Shown: positions 62,446 through 64,000 of the stretch, one piece after another
How the letters are laid out: each line of letters starts with the position of its first letter
Numbering within the stretch: the first letter of the stretch is position 1
Origin: Tubiluchus corallicola
Lineage: Eukaryota > Animalia > Priapulida
Reading direction: 5' to 3'
Assembly: GCA_030141605.1 (NCBI GenBank)
Contig: JAQGDQ010000165.1
Location: 186,001-250,000 of the forward strand
DNA length: 64,000 nt
Notes under the pieces: model-generated
Seen by the model: only the letters and a program-made list of their open reading frames with translations
Databases searched by the model: none
Told to the model about the DNA's origin: nothing
Position numbers and translations under genes: made by a program

Positions 62446-62999
62446 CTGCATTCATAACAAATGTAATGTATTTTCTATACTAAAGTTGTAATAATTCCTT
62501 GGCTATAGTTAGAATTGTAATGTTCTATTATAGTTGCCGGTTATAGTAAGAAGACAATACAAACTGAAGGATTAATTAACACAAAAAATTGCAAACCAAA
62601 TCACTTTATTTGAGTACTCTGAATAACAATTCATGGCAGGCAAGTTTTTTCACGACTCGTGTTAAAAAGTGTTACAAACACCCTTATCAATGACAATTAC
62701 CTTATTATGACAACAAAGCTAATCACTTCTTTTAGCACAAATTGATTCTAACATCATAAATGTGTATCAAAAAATAGTTACTTCTGTTGTTATTATTAGT
62801 AACAAAAAACCTTGAAATAAAGAAATTTTGAAACGACAAACAGTGAGTCGAGAAACATTGAAATGAAAAACAGTGAATTAAGAAACAAAAATCACACTTA
62901 GTTTAGTGGGGTTACTGAAAATAAAAATAAATATGTTGAAAAAGTGTTGACAAAATGTCAGCATAGACTAGAACCAAAATACAGCCTAATAGTAAATAC

Positions 63000-63514
63000 T
63001 AGGGCTATGGAGTTGGAAGTCAGGCAGTAAATTTACTGTTAAACGAACCGAAGTTGTTAAAACTTAGGGTTTTGCAGTCGGAGTCGGGACTTGGGAGTAC
63101 ACTTATTGTTTAAGGGAATCGGAGTTAAACTTGGTAAAATATAGACAAACTCAAACTCTGGTTATTTTCAATGCATTTATGCATAACATCCTATTTTCAG
63201 ACGCTTTCCTACTGGTGTCTATACTGCTAGACTGTTTTTTGAGCATAAGAAGTAGTGATGAAATGCCACTGAAGGTAATTATTTAGAGTACTACAAACTA
63301 TTAATTAAAGGCAGCAGTCAGCGTTGGAGACGGGAGTTGGGGCTCCTAAAATTTTAGGAGTCAGAGTCGGAGTTGAACCTAAAATTTAAGGAGTGGGAGT
63401 CAGAGTCAGATCTAAAATTTTTTGGAGCCGGAGTCAGAGTCGGAGCTGGATCTTCTAAAATTCTAGGAGTCAGAGCGAGAGTTAGGAGTTTAATGTACCA
63501 ACTCCAAAGCCCTG
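63000..63514. mobile_element. hAT MITE with GGAGTC subterminal repeats
   Basis: TIRs TAGGGCTATGGAGTTGG / CCAACTCCAAAGCCCTG, 8-bp TSD GTAAATAC/GTATATAC. Confidence 0.8.
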
Positions 63515-63522
63515 GTATATAC

Positions 63523-63840
63523 ATTAAATTTATGACTAACATGAGTACAATCACATACATAAGTAAAGAAACCCATAACACAGTAAGACATATAATAGTA
63601 TAACAAGAAGCCTACCTCGTTGTGTACTAATTATATTACACATTTAATGATAATCAGTCACCAGCCACAATTAGTAAAGCATGTGACTAAAAAGTTGATA
63701 ACTAGTAGCTATAGATTCTCTTTTGAGATTACAATCTATAAAAATAACAAAACGCATTTCTCCTTGGTTAAAGAAACTAATGCTTTAAGTAATCACATAT
63801 GGGAAATAATGGATAAAATGGAGTGGTTATTGTGTTAACT
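63523..63840 (+). mobile_element. Penelope-like GIY-YIG remnant
   Basis: NNKTHFSLVKETNALSNHIWEIMDK resembles the PLE endonuclease motif T.LS.HIW.LK. Confidence 0.45.
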
Positions 63841-64000
63841 GGTGAGCATATTAAGTGTCGTACATAAGGGACCAACATTTTCTACCAGAAAACGAAATCG
63901 AATCGAATTTGTGACATTTGAACTCGACTCAAACTAAATTTGAGCATTTTCGAATCATTAATAAAAAGCACTCTCACAAAGGTCAACATATTACTTGATT

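Overview
AT-rich, intron- and transposon-rich animal genomic DNA, most likely a non-arthropod invertebrate (inferred from an invertebrate-type Eph motif, YWNWSNQDV and C-terminal FLV, plus TTAGGG-like tracts). Splice sites were read by eye. Genes in order: (1) 3' half of an Eph receptor tyrosine kinase (+, 10 exons, TM-kinase-SAM-PDZ motif). (2) An ~11-kb direct tandem duplication (16707-27531 and 27757-38454), each unit carrying an intact 6-exon cytosolic sulfotransferase (-) and a decayed Penelope-like element. (3) A 7-exon adipolin/erythroferrone-like (C1QTNF12/ERFE) gene (+). (4) An intronless 505-aa orphan ORF (+). (5) An RPP25-like Alba-domain gene (-). The rest is hAT, Kolobok-like and Harbinger-like MITEs, LINE 3' fragments, tRNA- and 5S-derived SINEs, a probable solo LTR and satellites. 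Most notable: a minimal hammerhead-ribozyme motif at the 3' end of the Penelope element, amino-acid divergence concentrated near the sulfotransferase active-site cap, the orphan ORF, and a satellite arising inside a MITE. I found no convincing new multi-gene system.
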